A stretch of DNA of 64,000 nt from Botryllus schlosseri (taxonomy: Eukaryota): assembly GCA_051294905.1 (NCBI GenBank), contig CM119371.1:20710001-20774000 (forward strand), in the 5' to 3' direction. Both the position numbers and the translations under genes were made by a program. The stretch's first letter is position 1, and every line of letters starts with the position of its first letter. The notes beneath the pieces are model-generated. The model was not told the origin of the DNA. It searched no databases and was given only the letters and a program-made list of their open reading frames with translations. This document shows, piece after piece, positions 37,101 to 52,100 of the stretch.

Positions 37101-40100
37101 CGTTGCATACGTTGGCATTGCTTGGTTAAATAAAAATATAAAACTACATCGGTTGTCTAGTATGATGGTTCAAGTCGATTTTGCGCCAAAAATTGTAATC
37201 TTCCAACGTAATGTCAATGTTTTCTGATGGGTTTCTGTCGAAGGATCGAATCAAAGGGCCAGTGACCGCGCGTTGGACACTTCTGGACCAAACTATTTGA
37301 ATAACAGGTAATTGTATATTTTCAGATATATGAAGCTGGACTTACACAAATCACGAAATTTTGCAATGGCAATCTCCGTTTGGACCGTGAAGCATTCGGC
37401 AAGTTTATTGCGGAATCCAACGTTCGAGATAAACCTTTTAGCATCATTTCCATATGCGGACCTGCGAGAGAGGGAAAGTCATTCATGATGAATTTGATCC
37501 TACGTTACTTTGAGAAAAAGCAGGTATCTATTCGATATAGTTTGCCAGGTCAAAAACGGGTGGCGAAAGCACTTTGTATGGGCTACGGGCGCAAGAATAT
37601 AATGTCGAGATAAAATAGACCACGCAGTTGAGTAACGGTTTACGTTAGTATAACGTTATGTTGGCGCTACGTTAGTATAACGCTATGGCGATGGGCATAG
37701 TTACCACAATAGAAGTACTATTTTATTAAACAATAGCAAATGTCATGATCGTAAACTTCATTTTATTTTGGGCTAAACTGGTAGCGAAGAAAGTGTGTAT
37801 TAACACCAAAGGACCGAAACATGGGGTACGCAGAAAAGAACCTAACTCATAATTATATCGTAGTCATAAATAACCTGGCGATGCCTACAAGCATACCTTC
37901 CTACCTTCCTACGTGCATGCCTAATTTAGATTAAAATATTGTATTCGATTTATATCACGGTAGAAGTCTGAGGTAGATTCCGGTTTCGTGTGACGTATTC
38001 ACACCAGTATATCAGGGGCGGTACCCGTGTGGAAATACAGTCTATTTGCTAAGAGTGTATGAGCTGCGCAGGACAACCGACAACGCATTTTATCCACTAG
38101 GGAATCGATATTAGGGCTAGCGAGACACGTCGTTAGCTGATCACTATCTCCTCCTAAAACTCAAACTAGTGGGGATGCCCAAAGCCGTTTTCTAACCGTC
38201 TCGGTATTGGCAGTGTCTGGGCCACTGTACGTCAAGGCGATATGATCAATTGCCAATTTACATCAACTGATTATTTGTTCCTCGATGGAATGCTGTTCTC
38301 CGAAGCCGTTTCAGTTGTTGATTGTAGGCCTACATTCTTGAGTGAATAACATAACAAGTATAACTAAACTTTCACCAATTCTACAATTTTCCAAATAGCT
38401 CTGTGGCCCCCTCAAAATGCTTCTGTGACCCACCAGTGCCATGAGAGACCCTGGACTACACGCATTTGGCGTTCAAGGTAAATTTTCAAAACTCGAATTA
38501 ATTGTCGTTGCTACTGTTGAGTATATGGAGCCTCACATGTAACATAGGGCGGAGCATGGGCAGGAGCCGGTTCGGATATCCGGCCGTACTTTTTCATTTT
38601 TGGTTGGAGCCGTTTCGGAGCCGTATCAGTGGTTTTGCTGATGCGGCCGGAGCCGGATCAGTACTTTTTTGATACGGCTAGAATCTTTATTGACAAGCAT
38701 GAGATTTGTAACTAAATAACTACCAACCATACGCCAGTAACCGTCAAGCCAGTGCCAAAATAAAAGAGCAATATTTATAAATTCACGAAATCACTGTACC
38801 GTACCGAATTTATGCAGGCTACAATCATCACAACACTCACTTTCTGACTTGGCCTTCCCCCTTAAATATTCTAGTTTCGCTGTGCGGTGAAAAAACTTGA
38901 GTTATCAAAGAATGCAAAGGCTCTTTATGCAGAAGAAAAACTGAAATTCGAGGAGTTCAATGGACAAAAAAGTGAAGCAGAGAACAATTTTAACATGCTC
39001 AATCACACTCTAGGTTTGTTTTGTGTCGGTAGTGTGTTGGCGCATTCAAACAGAAGAAAGCTCAGTGTCAAATCACATTGATGCACCTATAATAAAGATA
39101 GATGCATTGTAAACCGATATACAGCAACAGGGCAATGTTACATGGCATTATATGTGAGAAACAAAAATATCTGCTCCTTTGTAAAGTAATGCCAAGGTCA
39201 AATTCCGATTACAAATCTTTACTTGAAGCAGAAGCAGCCGGATCATAAATGCCATCCAGATAATGCTGTTGGAAGAGAAATACTAAGCAGTGCTGCTGTA
39301 GAGATGAAAAGAAATTCCAGCAATTTTAAATAGGCCTACACTATCATTTTCGTCGGATAACAGATATTTGATATCCAAATGGATTATCTAGGAGGAAGAG
39401 AGGTGTCGGATTTTTTTTTACATTTGACTGGATAGTCGAATTGTTGGTTGACTGGATAGTCGAATTGTCGGTTGACTGAGTTACCGAGTTTCTCAACCTA
39501 AATACATCATCGTATATAGGTTTATATCTGGAAGAGTATTGATATTGTATGTGAAAAATTGAATGATGCCTATATGTAACAATGTTTTTTTTTGTCAGGA
39601 CTGTAGGCTACCACAGCTGCGTGACCAAAATAAACGTAAGCCTAGTTAGACTCAAATTCACCAACGTAAGTTGGACACAGATTATTATCATAGCTATTTA
39701 ACTTTGTTTAAATATATTTTTTTTAAATACATCAAGTAATGTAACCTGGTTCGCTGCTAATGTGCTTATCAATTAAAATGAATACATCACTGCTGTACTA
39801 TAAAATTGCACTTGTTAGCATGCATTCATAATTCTGCGGCCGCATTTTGTCGGTTACTTTCTGCTGACTGCCACCAAGACAATGTAAGTGTTTGACCTGT
39901 AAAAGTCATAATGTAACAAAACTTGCAGTAATCGGCTTAGTCTCTCGGCACCGTATCGTCCAATCAGTGGTTCCCGACTTTTTTTGGTGTCGCAGCCGCA
40001 TTTTAAATCTGAGAGTACGTCTAGAGCCGTGTGAATACACTCATTAAATCCAAAAATTATAAAGCATGAAAGCACACCAACGAATATCAACACTAACAAC

Positions 40101-43100
40101 AAAAATATACACAAATCAATTTAATGGCCAACTTGGCATTGACATTGAGCTTCGAGCAGTGTGTCAAACAGAGGCGTAATCGCAGAGAATGCAGTACGTA
40201 GTAGGGGAGATGTGGTACCGATGGATCAAAAATTGGAAAATGATCGCTGGCCCCAAAATGTTCAGCCGAAAACAGCAGATCTTTTGCTGGCTCAGCACTT
40301 TGATACAAGCTCTACCTATCGCGCACATATACATGAATATCCGACTTTTCAAAAAATATTTATGGACGTTTAAAATTTGTTGCTCAAACGTATCATCGGT
40401 CCCCACCCGGTGGGTCCAATGGCACACGACCCGGGGACCTATGAGACACCTACCCTAAAAAACTCAGATGTAACAACTTTTCTTGCTCAGTATTATAATC
40501 TAAGCTACAGCAAGTCAAAGAAGAATTTTCGGTCGCAACCGTCAAATAATAGATTAAATATTGACTCAAATGTTGTCATAAAATCACGTTTCGATTTAGG
40601 CTCGGACTAATAAATTTGAGGGTACATACATATTGCCCGAAAATCGACAGTGTGACTTTCAAAGACCTCGTTATAGCGATAAAACATCATATGCAATTAT
40701 TACATAAAGATTTTCTGTACGTAGTCATGTTTCATTTGTTTCATGATTAGTATGCTTGTTTATTTAGCTTGATTAGGCTATTGTATCATCGGTCCCCACC
40801 CTATTAATTTTGTACATGAATCGAAAAAAATTCCACTCAGGGAAAGTATTGAAAAAAATAATAGGTTCCATTATATAGCCTGATACGAGCCCTAGACTTC
40901 ACAATAAAAATGATTGCTGGTTTCTTCGTGTTTAAGGTTACAAAGAAAAATGTATATGTCGATCTAAATTTAGTTTACACCCCCCAAAACAAAAAACATC
41001 TGTGAGAGACCCCATAGTTCGCGCACGTCGAATTTTTTTGTATGTGAGGAAAGATGTTGCCAGCATGCAATTGTAGACAAGTTCACGGAGTGTAATCATG
41101 GAATTATCATAGAGAATTTTCAAAGTATTTTCGGTCCCAGTGATCCATCGGTACCACATCTCCCCTATCTGCTTGAGGTGGTCATCGATCAGTCGATTGT
41201 GATATTGATTTTTCATTCCAACCATTTTGTAAAAAGTGCTTCATAAAAATAAGTTGATCACAATAGAGAATCGTTTTATGGACACTGCTTATCAAGTATT
41301 TGCATCAGTTTGATAACATTTTCATCATTCCTAAACACCACAACATTGCGATACAATGAAAGAATAGGGGGGTGTCGAAATGACTTGGAGTACTCTTTGA
41401 AATTAAAAACCCAGCACCTTGGCCCAGGCGAAGTAGAAAAGAGGGATGCACACTGAATTAAAATTAAAGCAGATAATATTAAAGACAAGCGACAAAATGA
41501 GGTGGCATGTGACGGAAGGCGAGATCGATGTGTCAGATCCTGGTCCAGTAATCCTGTAGGCCAGTGGTTCCCATACTTGGGGGAGCGGGAGCCTCTTAGG
41601 GTGGGCACGAGAAATTGACAAAGTCAGTATGAATTCTGACTAGACACGTGTTTCACAACCATTCTTAGAAGACGATTGGTGAAGATGAAACTTATTTCGT
41701 ATTCAAAAAGATCGCCAAATTCAACCTCCAGCAGTCGCGCTCAATGGAGGATAGACTGATTTCAACCCATTTGAGCAAATCTTTGATATTATTTGAAGAT
41801 TTAGAGCAATTCCCAAGTGTGAGTCATTCATTAATTCATAGCTTTGGCAGTAGCGTGAAGCTCGGTGCGGTGGATAACTGTTGGTAATAGCTGGCGAACT
41901 GCACTGCCGAAGACAGACTTAGATGCAACATAGGTTGCCGAGTTTCGCCCTCAATTAGGCTACCCTGAATCATCACAATCTAATTCAATTCCAAAACTGA
42001 GCAAATTTAGCATGGCAGCAGTACAGAACGACGCCATCCTCTCTGTAGCCACTACCAGCAAATAATCTCTGTGCAACCTACCTTGATGTCTAGTTCGATG
42101 TTTATTGCTATTTTCAAACAAGTTTGGGGAAATCTGCCAAAAATATTAAAGACTCAACAACGGGAATGCGGATTTAAACTTGGCGTAAGACATACCACAT
42201 GTATACTATTAGACTAGGGATGGCCAACCTGAGGCCGTAGAAGGGAGTTTGTGCGGCCGTCGACACCTAATTCAATTAGTATGTGTTGGCGGCCGTCGAA
42301 ATGCAAATGGAAATTACGAAATCTTTCCCAAATGTTTTAAGATATTTTATTTAATCCTGAAATTTTCTTCACGATCCGCGCCATTCAACATAACTTCATT
42401 TTCGATTTTGATATAATAGTACACTACTCAATCTGAGCAGGAATCTAAATCGTGTGCTCTTCGCGAAAGAAATTTGTTGATGGTATACATTCGGGCAATT
42501 TCAAGATATTTCCACTATTTCCACTACTGATACAATCGACAATGCTGATGGGGGTCATGAAATTACATCATGCAACAAAGTGACTAATATCAACTGGCCC
42601 AGCCAAAGATGCATTATCATTTATAAGTTGCCCTAAATTTTCGAACGAACTCCCTCCATGAACGCTACCAGTAATTCTGATCACATGGGCGGGGAAAAGA
42701 CAAATATTTGATAGTAATATTTGATAGTGCTACTATTAAATACCGAATTCATGCGTGAATCTGTAAAATTCTCGCGCTGGGCGCGACAATATGCAAATCC
42801 AACAACTGTTCATAACATTGCCACTCGCGATCTCGATGCGTACAATAGGCGGTTGTGAAAAGTAAAATAGTCCGGAGTTCACCGAGAACGGATATGGAGA
42901 GATTAGCATATAGGTATTTTGCGTCCAGTTGGTTTTTTTACGGCTATGTCCTGGAATGAGACCTCAGGCTATCGAAATGCGGCTGTGATTCGCAAAAAGG
43001 TTGCCTACCTCTGAATTAGATGATATGCTCTTTTTAACGTGACGATAAGTGTAGGGAGAGGGGTCAGGGGCAATTTTTGGACCGTTGCCAAGCGGGCGCA

Positions 43101-46100
43101 TGTCCAAAAAGGTTGGGAACCGCTGCTGTAGGCTGACTAGTAACTTGGGATACTTTCTCTCTGGAACTTGATTCCAAAATTTAAGTAAGTCATCACTTTC
43201 AATTAATTGCTTCAGCTCGATATCTGACTGAACGTCTAGCAACTCAAGTTGAAAATTACTAGGGAAATTATATGCATTGGGATTTGAAAAAAAAAATCAT
43301 CCTGGACACGAAAGCATTCAATCCGTCAATGCAGCGATCGAACTCATCAATAAAGTTGCTGATAAGCCTGTTGTATGCATCAAATGACCCATTGGTTTGA
43401 TGGTTAGATACCGTTGGAAAGTGTGCTGTAACACCACCTGTACTGTCTGGTGGTGAGCTGACTTAAATTTAAGTGCAGATTCGAACGCATTTGAGTGTGA
43501 GTATACTTTTTTGCGTTAGTTGAGTAACGACATCTTTACTGCGTAATCGCTACTTCACAGCAAAGGAATTGGTCTCCACTCTTACTTATAAACTCCATAC
43601 TCCAATCGAAGCAAGGGTAGTTTTTGAAATTGAATTTCAATTTCTGTTTAAATTGAATTTTTATTATGTTTGTGGGATATTCAAACCTCAATGGAAGCCG
43701 CAGGAAGGCTAGCTGGGGGCCGCATGCGGCTCTCGGAGACGCAGTTGGGAATCACTCGTCCAAATAATTTTGCTTATCAATTTGCATAACCTATTGTTCT
43801 CACCAGTGGGAAAAACACAACAAGAAGACCAGTAAAGACAGTAAATTTCGACTGACAGCATTCAAGGTGGGCCCGGGCGATGACAGCGTTACAGCCGGCA
43901 TTGTGCTTTACAACCATATTTTTGAAGTGATGTGGAACGGCAAGCCGGTAGGTTTACTTGATCCATACTTCACATTAGGGTAGCAAAAAAGTCGTCGTAC
44001 CAATGTCCAGTTAATCAAGTGAACGAACATCAAACAATTATTATCATCCAAGTGTTAGTTATACATCGCAACACTTGCTATTGTTATCTCGACTCAGCGG
44101 CATGGCATGGCGACTCGGCTGCATAGCATGAAGTTTGAACATACATCATCATCAAATCACGATATCCTGGGAGCAAGCCAAGTATTTGCGATGAATGCAG
44201 ATCGAACTGCAGTCATAATGCAGCATCTCCAGTTGTTAGTATTTCACGTTCTCGAGCCATACTGATTCGTCCCACCTATTCATTTGTGACGATCGTTGAC
44301 CATGCACTTATGCCGTCGCTGTTTCAAATTCCATGAAGCCGTAGGTTATACTTGGAGCTTTCCATGGTGGCAGTTTTCGTCACGTTGGCGACGGTGGTTT
44401 TAGAAATTGCAACAAGATTGACCGATCCTTGATATGGGATTTCCATTTAGATGGCCGTCATCCTAATGGACACGGAAGGAATATTTCAACATTCATTGTC
44501 AAAAAGGGATGAAGCCTTTCTAATGACTGTTACGACGTTGATGAGCTCAGTACAAATATTCAATGTTATGCGGAGGGTTGATCCAACCGCATTCGATGCA
44601 TTGGATGTAAGTCGCGCTTATCTCTGTCAATCGAATTGAGTAGCCTATTTATGAATTATAATTAAAAAAAATACGTTTAATTATTGCACGGACTAGCAGT
44701 GTTGGGATCAAGTCACCACCTTCGAGTCACAAGTCATCTCGAGTCATTGCACATTTTGACTCGAGTCAAGTCAAGTCAATCGATTTTTAAAAGTGACTTG
44801 AATCATGTCAAGTCAGTCGATTTTTGGAGGTGACTGGAGTCAAGTCGAGTCGAGTCAAGTCAAGTTGAAATTTCAAAGTACTTGACATGATTCAAAGTCA
44901 TTACATTTTGCAAACTATTTTAATTACAGATGAAGTACCCATTTATTCTGAATCGAGGAACGAATAAAGAGTTGATTATGCGCGCAAAAGGCACTGTATC
45001 GCTCACACATACGTAGATCTGCTCAACTACGCCAGTATGGCGGTATAGCCTCAGTCTTGAAATATCAGCCAAAATACAGGATAACATACGAAACCTCAGA
45101 AAGTTTAAAAATGATATAGTTGAATGCCCTACCCACCTACATATTCATGACATACAATTATAAACGTATGAGCGATATTCGTTTGATTTCAATTATATAC
45201 GAGAGGGTTGGTTGAGGTGGGCAAGTTTACGAGAACGTAAGCCAGGGTTGTAATGACTCGAGTCATGACTCGATTCGAGTCAGACTCGAGTCACGATTTT
45301 TTTATGACTCGACTTGACTCGAGTCATTTTCTTGAAATGGGAAAATGACTCGACTCGACTCGAGTCAATATTTGGATTGACTCGACTTGTACTCGAGTCA
45401 TTACGCATGACTCGACCCAAGTCATTGACTCGGCTTATTTTATATGACTTGAAGATGAAGAAATTTGCGATTCATAATGGCTAGATCATCGCATCCGACG
45501 AATTCTGCCGACATCGCTATTTGTCACCACTGCTTTCGTTGCACTTGTCTGATATCAGATATGCCGCCGTAAAAACAACAGAAAATGATACATAGCAGCA
45601 ATGCATTGTACAAAATCGTCAAGTGAGGAAGAGGTAATAGATCCTCCGCAATTAAAGTACTCAAGACTTTTCAATTATACAAGCAAACAATTGAATCAAA
45701 GTTCAATTAGAGCCAATGAAATGACTCAGATGGTGAAGAGACTGATAAGCTCATGTGTAGATTTGAAGGCGATAATTCTTTGCATTTTTGGGCGACTAGA
45801 AAGAATGAGTATTCAATGCTCTTCAGTGTGGTTCAAAAATGCTTGTCAATTCCTGCATCTAGTGCACTAGTGGAACGTGTATTCAGTAGATGTGGATTCA
45901 TTCTACGGCCATGCCGCTTTAACATATGTGAGGATCTCCTTTCCACATTAGTATTTTTGAGGTGTAACTCATTGATTTGATTTGCTGTCTGTGAAAACAC
46001 ACAATGCCCCTCGTCTATTAGACGTTTTGTTAGGTATGTGCATTGTGCACGTGAGTAATAATGAATGGCCAATGTTGTGTGATGTTTGTACAATATGGCT

Positions 46101-49100
46101 GTTCTAAAATAACTTCTTTTTTATTTCACTGGGTGGTTACTTGATAAAATTGTTATGTTGCATAAAAGGAACACTGAATCTGGCTTAATTTGAAAAAAGT
46201 GGAATCAATGATGTGAGAGGAGAATATTTTGGATTTGAAAATAAATGGAGTATTTTAGTGAGAAATTCTTTCATATAATATAATTACATAGTAGTAAGCC
46301 GACTATTTTTTCATATCCAAAACATTCTAATCTAATAACTTCACTTTTTCTAGTTGGAATTGAGTCAAATTTGCTATGAATCATATTTTTACACAATGTA
46401 ACAATATCATGAGATAGCCGGTAAAATTCGAAAATCTCTATTTGAAATTAGTCTAAAATTTTCTTTCATAGCATTGCTTTCTACTGGTTGGAATTGAGCC
46501 AAATTTGATTTTTTAGGCAATCTAGCAATTTTAAGAAGTAGCCGGAAAATTTGAAAAAATGTTTTTGAACAGTCCCATTGTACAATTATTTCTCCAATGC
46601 TGTAACTGCGATGTAGTCTGTAATGCAATTGGGAAAACCTTTAGTATAATCAAAAGGTATCTGTTCTGTTGTCACTGCACAATGCACATAGTTGCATGCA
46701 CGCTTTAACAGCATGCTGGCCTGTTGTAAATACCTCTACATAAACATGCATCTATTGATTCTCTATCAACTAGTATCTTGACGTGAATTTGTTGGTTCTC
46801 TATCAGATAGTATGTAGACGTGAATTCGTTGGTTCTCTATCAGCTATTCGTGAGCTATCGTCGATGTGTTCATAATAAAAACTGAATGCTTGTATTGGTG
46901 ATCAGACTGACAAGAGAGATATTTGATTTCAAGTTCTAAGATTAGTAAAGTTATCTTTAGCATCGGTAAATGAGGCCAGGACCTGTCCGTTATCTGCCTA
47001 AATAAACACGTGCCAAGACTCTGATAGGGACAAAATGAGCATGTTTCGCAAACAAGGAATTCGATATCACCCAAGAAGGATTAAAAACATGAGTTGAACA
47101 TGACTTCAATACTGTGACTTGGACTCGACTCGAGTCATAACACCATGACTCGGACTTGATCCTTTAAACGGTGACTTGGACTCGAACTCGAGTCTGTGAT
47201 GAATTGAAAATGACTCGACTCGACTCGAGTCAAAACCACAAAAGTATGATTGACTCGTGACTCGGAACCATGTGACTTGGTTACAACCCTGACGTAAGCT
47301 GTTGTATAAGCTCCGATCACTGCGTTTGCGATGCATTTATTCGTGATATAACAATGGAGGTTCGGTAAAACGTACAATCATTGATTCATTGGTTGGCAAT
47401 CCTAACTTATACACTATACATCAATTTAGTCGACATCGATTACTTGAAGACTTGAAATTGACTCGTAAATTTTACTTCGAGTCACGAGTCATGAGTCAAT
47501 CTGCATTTTTGAAGCGTCTTGTCAAGTCAAGTCAAGTCATGTTTCCAAGCTGGCTCGAGTCATCCCAACACTGGTTCATGGTCGAAAATATATGCTGACC
47601 TGAACAGAGCAAGTAGTTTAATGTCCATATTTCTCAGGTTGGCAAACTTGGATTCACTATGTGACACATAAACTTTGTCAATATTTTCAGAATAAATTTC
47701 ACTTTAAAAACTCTCGGCGGGCCGTATGTTGACCGCCCCTGGTATAGAACAAAATTTCGGTATGGAATATGGAAATGTGCAAGTATGGAATGGTGCAGAA
47801 TTGGTTCAACTACATTAATTCAATTCAATTACAATTACAATTACAGTTACTTCCTTGCATGTTCCAATTACATTACAATTACAATAACAATTACTGTTAA
47901 ACATGTAATTGGGTCGGTAGAGAGGCAGTGTTGGGATGACTCGAGTCATGACTTTAATCGAGTCACCTTTTTCGCATGGCTTGACTTGACTCGAGTCACT
48001 TTGCGAAAATGACTTGACTTGACTTGACTCGTCGCTTCAGAAATGTGGATTGACTCGTGACTCGGAGCAAAATTTACGAGTCACAGCATACGGCAGTCAC
48101 AAATGATCACAGCATACGTTTATGTACTAGCTGTAGAATAATCCAATCGCTACGTATCTCTGTTTGTTAGACGGCTCAGTGCTTACATCGCGAAGTCCCC
48201 ACCTTAGGCAACCCTCTTGTATGATTTGAATCGAACGAATATAGTTTATGCGTTTATAATCTCACGGATGTGTGGATGGGTACCATATCAATTTGTTCCA
48301 ACTTCTCGGCGCTTCGTATTCGATCTTCTATTTTGGCTCATGTATTTTATTAGCAGCTCTAAGCGTGGGTGAGCGATACAACGCCTTTTTGCACGTATAT
48401 CTAACCTAATACTCGTTAATTGATTCAAGATATATCACTAATCAATCTGTCATTTAGACAGCTAGCAAAATGTAATGACTTTGAATCATCCTCAGACTTC
48501 GAAAATTCAATTTGACTTGAATTGTAACTTGACTCGTGACTTGACTTGACTTAACTCGACTTGACTCGAGTCACCTCCAAAAAACGATTGACTTGACTCG
48601 AGTCACCTTCGAAAATCGATTGACTTGACTTGACTCGAGTCAAAATGTCCAATGACTCGAGATGACTCGTGACTCGAAGGTAGTGACTTGATCCCCAACA
48701 CTGCAGAGAGGTGCCCGTCGGCAACCGCAGCGATGTATTTACCAACAAATTCGAACTATTTCTAATCAGGAGTAAGGGAGAGTATGTAGGTATGGGCCAC
48801 CAAACCAAGTCAAGATGTAACTTGCCCCAACTTGGTACAATATTCTAATATTACGGGACCCCAACTTTGTGACAGTTACCAACCATTTCGATAAACTGAT
48901 ATAAAGGTAATCTGGAAGTAGACAATTCATTCATTTCAATTCCTGTATTGATCATAACATATAACGAAGCCAGAAAACTCAAAATATGTAACATGAAATC
49001 AGTATCAATTTTTGCGTCTCTCGCCTCAACTGTCCCATCAAATAAAATTCAAATGTCACAGTTCATCTATCTCTTGTTAAAGTGGGAGTGACAAACCATA

Positions 49101-52100
49101 AAACACCTTTGGGAATTTGACGATGAACTGCGCTAACAAACTTTCCTCTTCATTAAAGACAGTATTGGCAATCGATGATGAAATCTTTTTCGTATCAGAT
49201 TCATTCCCTGCTTTTTCCAAATACCTGTTTAATCTAGCTCTACCAATTTTGTGCCGACGGCCTGCTTTTCTTTTTGATACCTCACGTGCTCACAGGTTTC
49301 AGAAGAGTTTATTTGCTGTTTATCTATTTTTGAAATATTAAGATTTAGTTTAGCACAGTGGTTCTCCAACTTTTTTAGACACGCCCCCCTTTATAACTGT
49401 GAAATATTTCATGCATCCATTATCGTCATATCACGCATTGAATCCAGAATGTTGACAGTCCTTGCAGATAGTCTGATCGTATGGAAGGTTATGACTATTG
49501 ATGAGAGGATTTTCCAATATGAAATTCGGACTCTACCAAGAGCTATAATTAGGAAATGGAGGGAAATCGCGCTAAGTGCGGTATTTTTTTTTAATTTTCA
49601 GATGCTCTCACGCCTAACAAGGGGGCACGCTCCCCCCCAGTTTGAGAACCGCTGATTTAGCATATATTGTAATTCGCTACGTTTCCTGTTGCTGCTTAGG
49701 TATGGGAAACAGTTTAGCATGGCTGAATTATCTAGTTAACGAGGCACGCATAACAGGCTAATTATTTTAGGTTGTGATTGTCAGGTTTCAGTAGCAATGT
49801 AATTGAAGTCGTAATTAGGCAAAATTTTCATATTTCCTTATTTCCATACTTTTCCCTTACTTTGACAGTTTTGCCAGAAGCACGGCAATGATCCTACTTT
49901 CGATTTGACAAGTTGATTGCATACCTCAGAAAATCGCTCACCGTCTATGTTTATATCGCAAATGTCGATTCATGACTCACCATCAACCCCTAATCGACAT
50001 CTATGTGAAGACAAAAAGTTGCTAAATATTTCATCATTGTAATACACCACAAGTCTGCGATACAATGAAAGATAGAATGGAGGTGTCGAAACGACATGCA
50101 GTAGTCTTTGATAACAGACACCCACCTGGTCTATGGGTGATATAAAAAGAAGGAGGCATGCACAATGAATGAACAGTAAAGGAATAAAATATAAATGGAC
50201 ATGCGATAGAAAGGGGTATGCGCCGGCAGGCGAGATCGATATGTCAGGTCGTGGTCTGTTAAATAGAGGGCTAACTAGTACAAATTGTTTGTAATTTGAC
50301 TTGAATGTGGACCTGCCCGATGACTTTGGGATAGCCGTCCATTCCAGGTAAAATATTATAATGTAATGTCCACCCCAAGACGTTTAATGCTTTTTTGGAT
50401 ATGGCGAGCAAAACCACTTGCATTATAATCGCTAATCAAATATTAATCAACAACAAAAAACAACGGATGCAACCGAAGCTGTTTCATTATTACCTACGGC
50501 CCCTTCGTTTTCCAAGACACCTCACTCAGCTCTACCGGTAAATCGGATTATATGAACAGAGAGAAGATACAAAAAAATGATTGCAATATATATGCAATCC
50601 CCGATCAAATTGACCGATTCATTCAGGAATTATAAAAAATATTCGCGCTTCGCTCAACTAGACGTTAGAAGCTGACTAAATAAACAGTAGGCTACAACAG
50701 ATGTCTGATAGGTAGCGGCAAAAAAGTATACAGCCTGATGGGAGCCTTGTGGACATAGCCCCTAATTAGTAGGATTTATCAACCTGTACGGGGCCCAACA
50801 CCAACGTTAATTTGAGGGGGAGGCTGACGAAGTGCTGTTTCGGTCCTGATTTTGACATAAGCATCATTGTGATTAATAAAATATATCTAGCCTGTTTCGG
50901 AGAGACGTTATGATATGTCTGTCTGCAACACTCATTGTAACTGCATGAAATCTGGTTATCTCTGATGAAAGAGTGGACACCAATGTGGTCTAATACAGCT
51001 AATGAGTGTGACCTACAGATTTCCGGCGGAAACGGACATTTGATCCGCTGTCGCAAAATGATTGTAGTAAAATTATATTACCAGATATATTCCAATGCAG
51101 TGGTTACCAACCAGTGGAGAATTCCTCACTTGTGGAAAATTTAGGGGTTTCTGATTGGGAATAGACTACCGTTACCCTATTTTCGTGGATCGAATTTCGG
51201 ACACTCTTTAGCGCCAACTAGCGGGTTTTAAAATGAGCTATAACACTGTCTGTCAATATGACGTCACACTATCAAAGCTTTGCTATCGACTAGACGTGGT
51301 CAGGACTCACGATCCGGATCAGGAGCCGCTATAATGTTAGGTTGGTGCATTTATGTGGTTATATGTGTTGTTACTAGGACCGAAACGACACTTTTTTATG
51401 CGCCGGAATAAATACTGATCTTGAACCCATCATAAGGTAATTACTCGATGCAACTTCTGGGGGGGGGGGCTTACTATATTCATCTGGTTTCAATATGCAT
51501 CTGGTCGTTAAATTTTGTGAATGACAGCTGTCTATGATATTGGTTCTTCCATGTACCAATATACGATTTTGGTCCTCTCTCTGCCCACATGATCATATTT
51601 AGCGGTTGAGCTAGTGGAGTGTGATGACTTTCAAAAACGTAAAGTCGTCGTAGATTCATGTCATGTCACGTGGATAAGACTATTTATGAGCCTAAATTCC
51701 GGTCTGTACCAGCAGGTTGCACATCAGCTGGTTTTCAACCTTTTATGGTCGCGACTCCGTTTCTAATTTGAAAATGTTCTGTGGCCAAGCTCAAAATTTG
51801 ATAACTTGATTTCTGAAAAACGTTCAGCACCTTTGCCCAGACTTACCCATGACCTATTGTGAAAGCTGATTACGTTCAACATCTTCGCGTGGCCCAGAAT
51901 GAAGACAAACGACCCTCAGGGTTAGAGCCACTATTTTTGACTAAAGCCTCTAACTGGCCTTAACCGGCTCCAGGAATATACCGTTCTCCTATTATTGCGA
52001 TTACAATTAGGCTTATTTCAGTAGATGATGGTTGTTTTAATTCATTTTTGATTTCATGTTTTGCGACGGTGGCGGTTCACGTATCAAAATCAATGGAGGT

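Noticed and set aside
36836..37108. 90-aa minus-strand ORF in an intron, and the other short ORFs in the track
   Set aside because: No recognisable motifs; most overlap repeats or are antisense shadows of TE ORFs.
45243..45435. GACTCGAGTC arrays as CRISPR-like or satellite repeats
   Set aside because: They are short subterminal repeats inside TIR/TSD-bounded elements and have no unique spacers.
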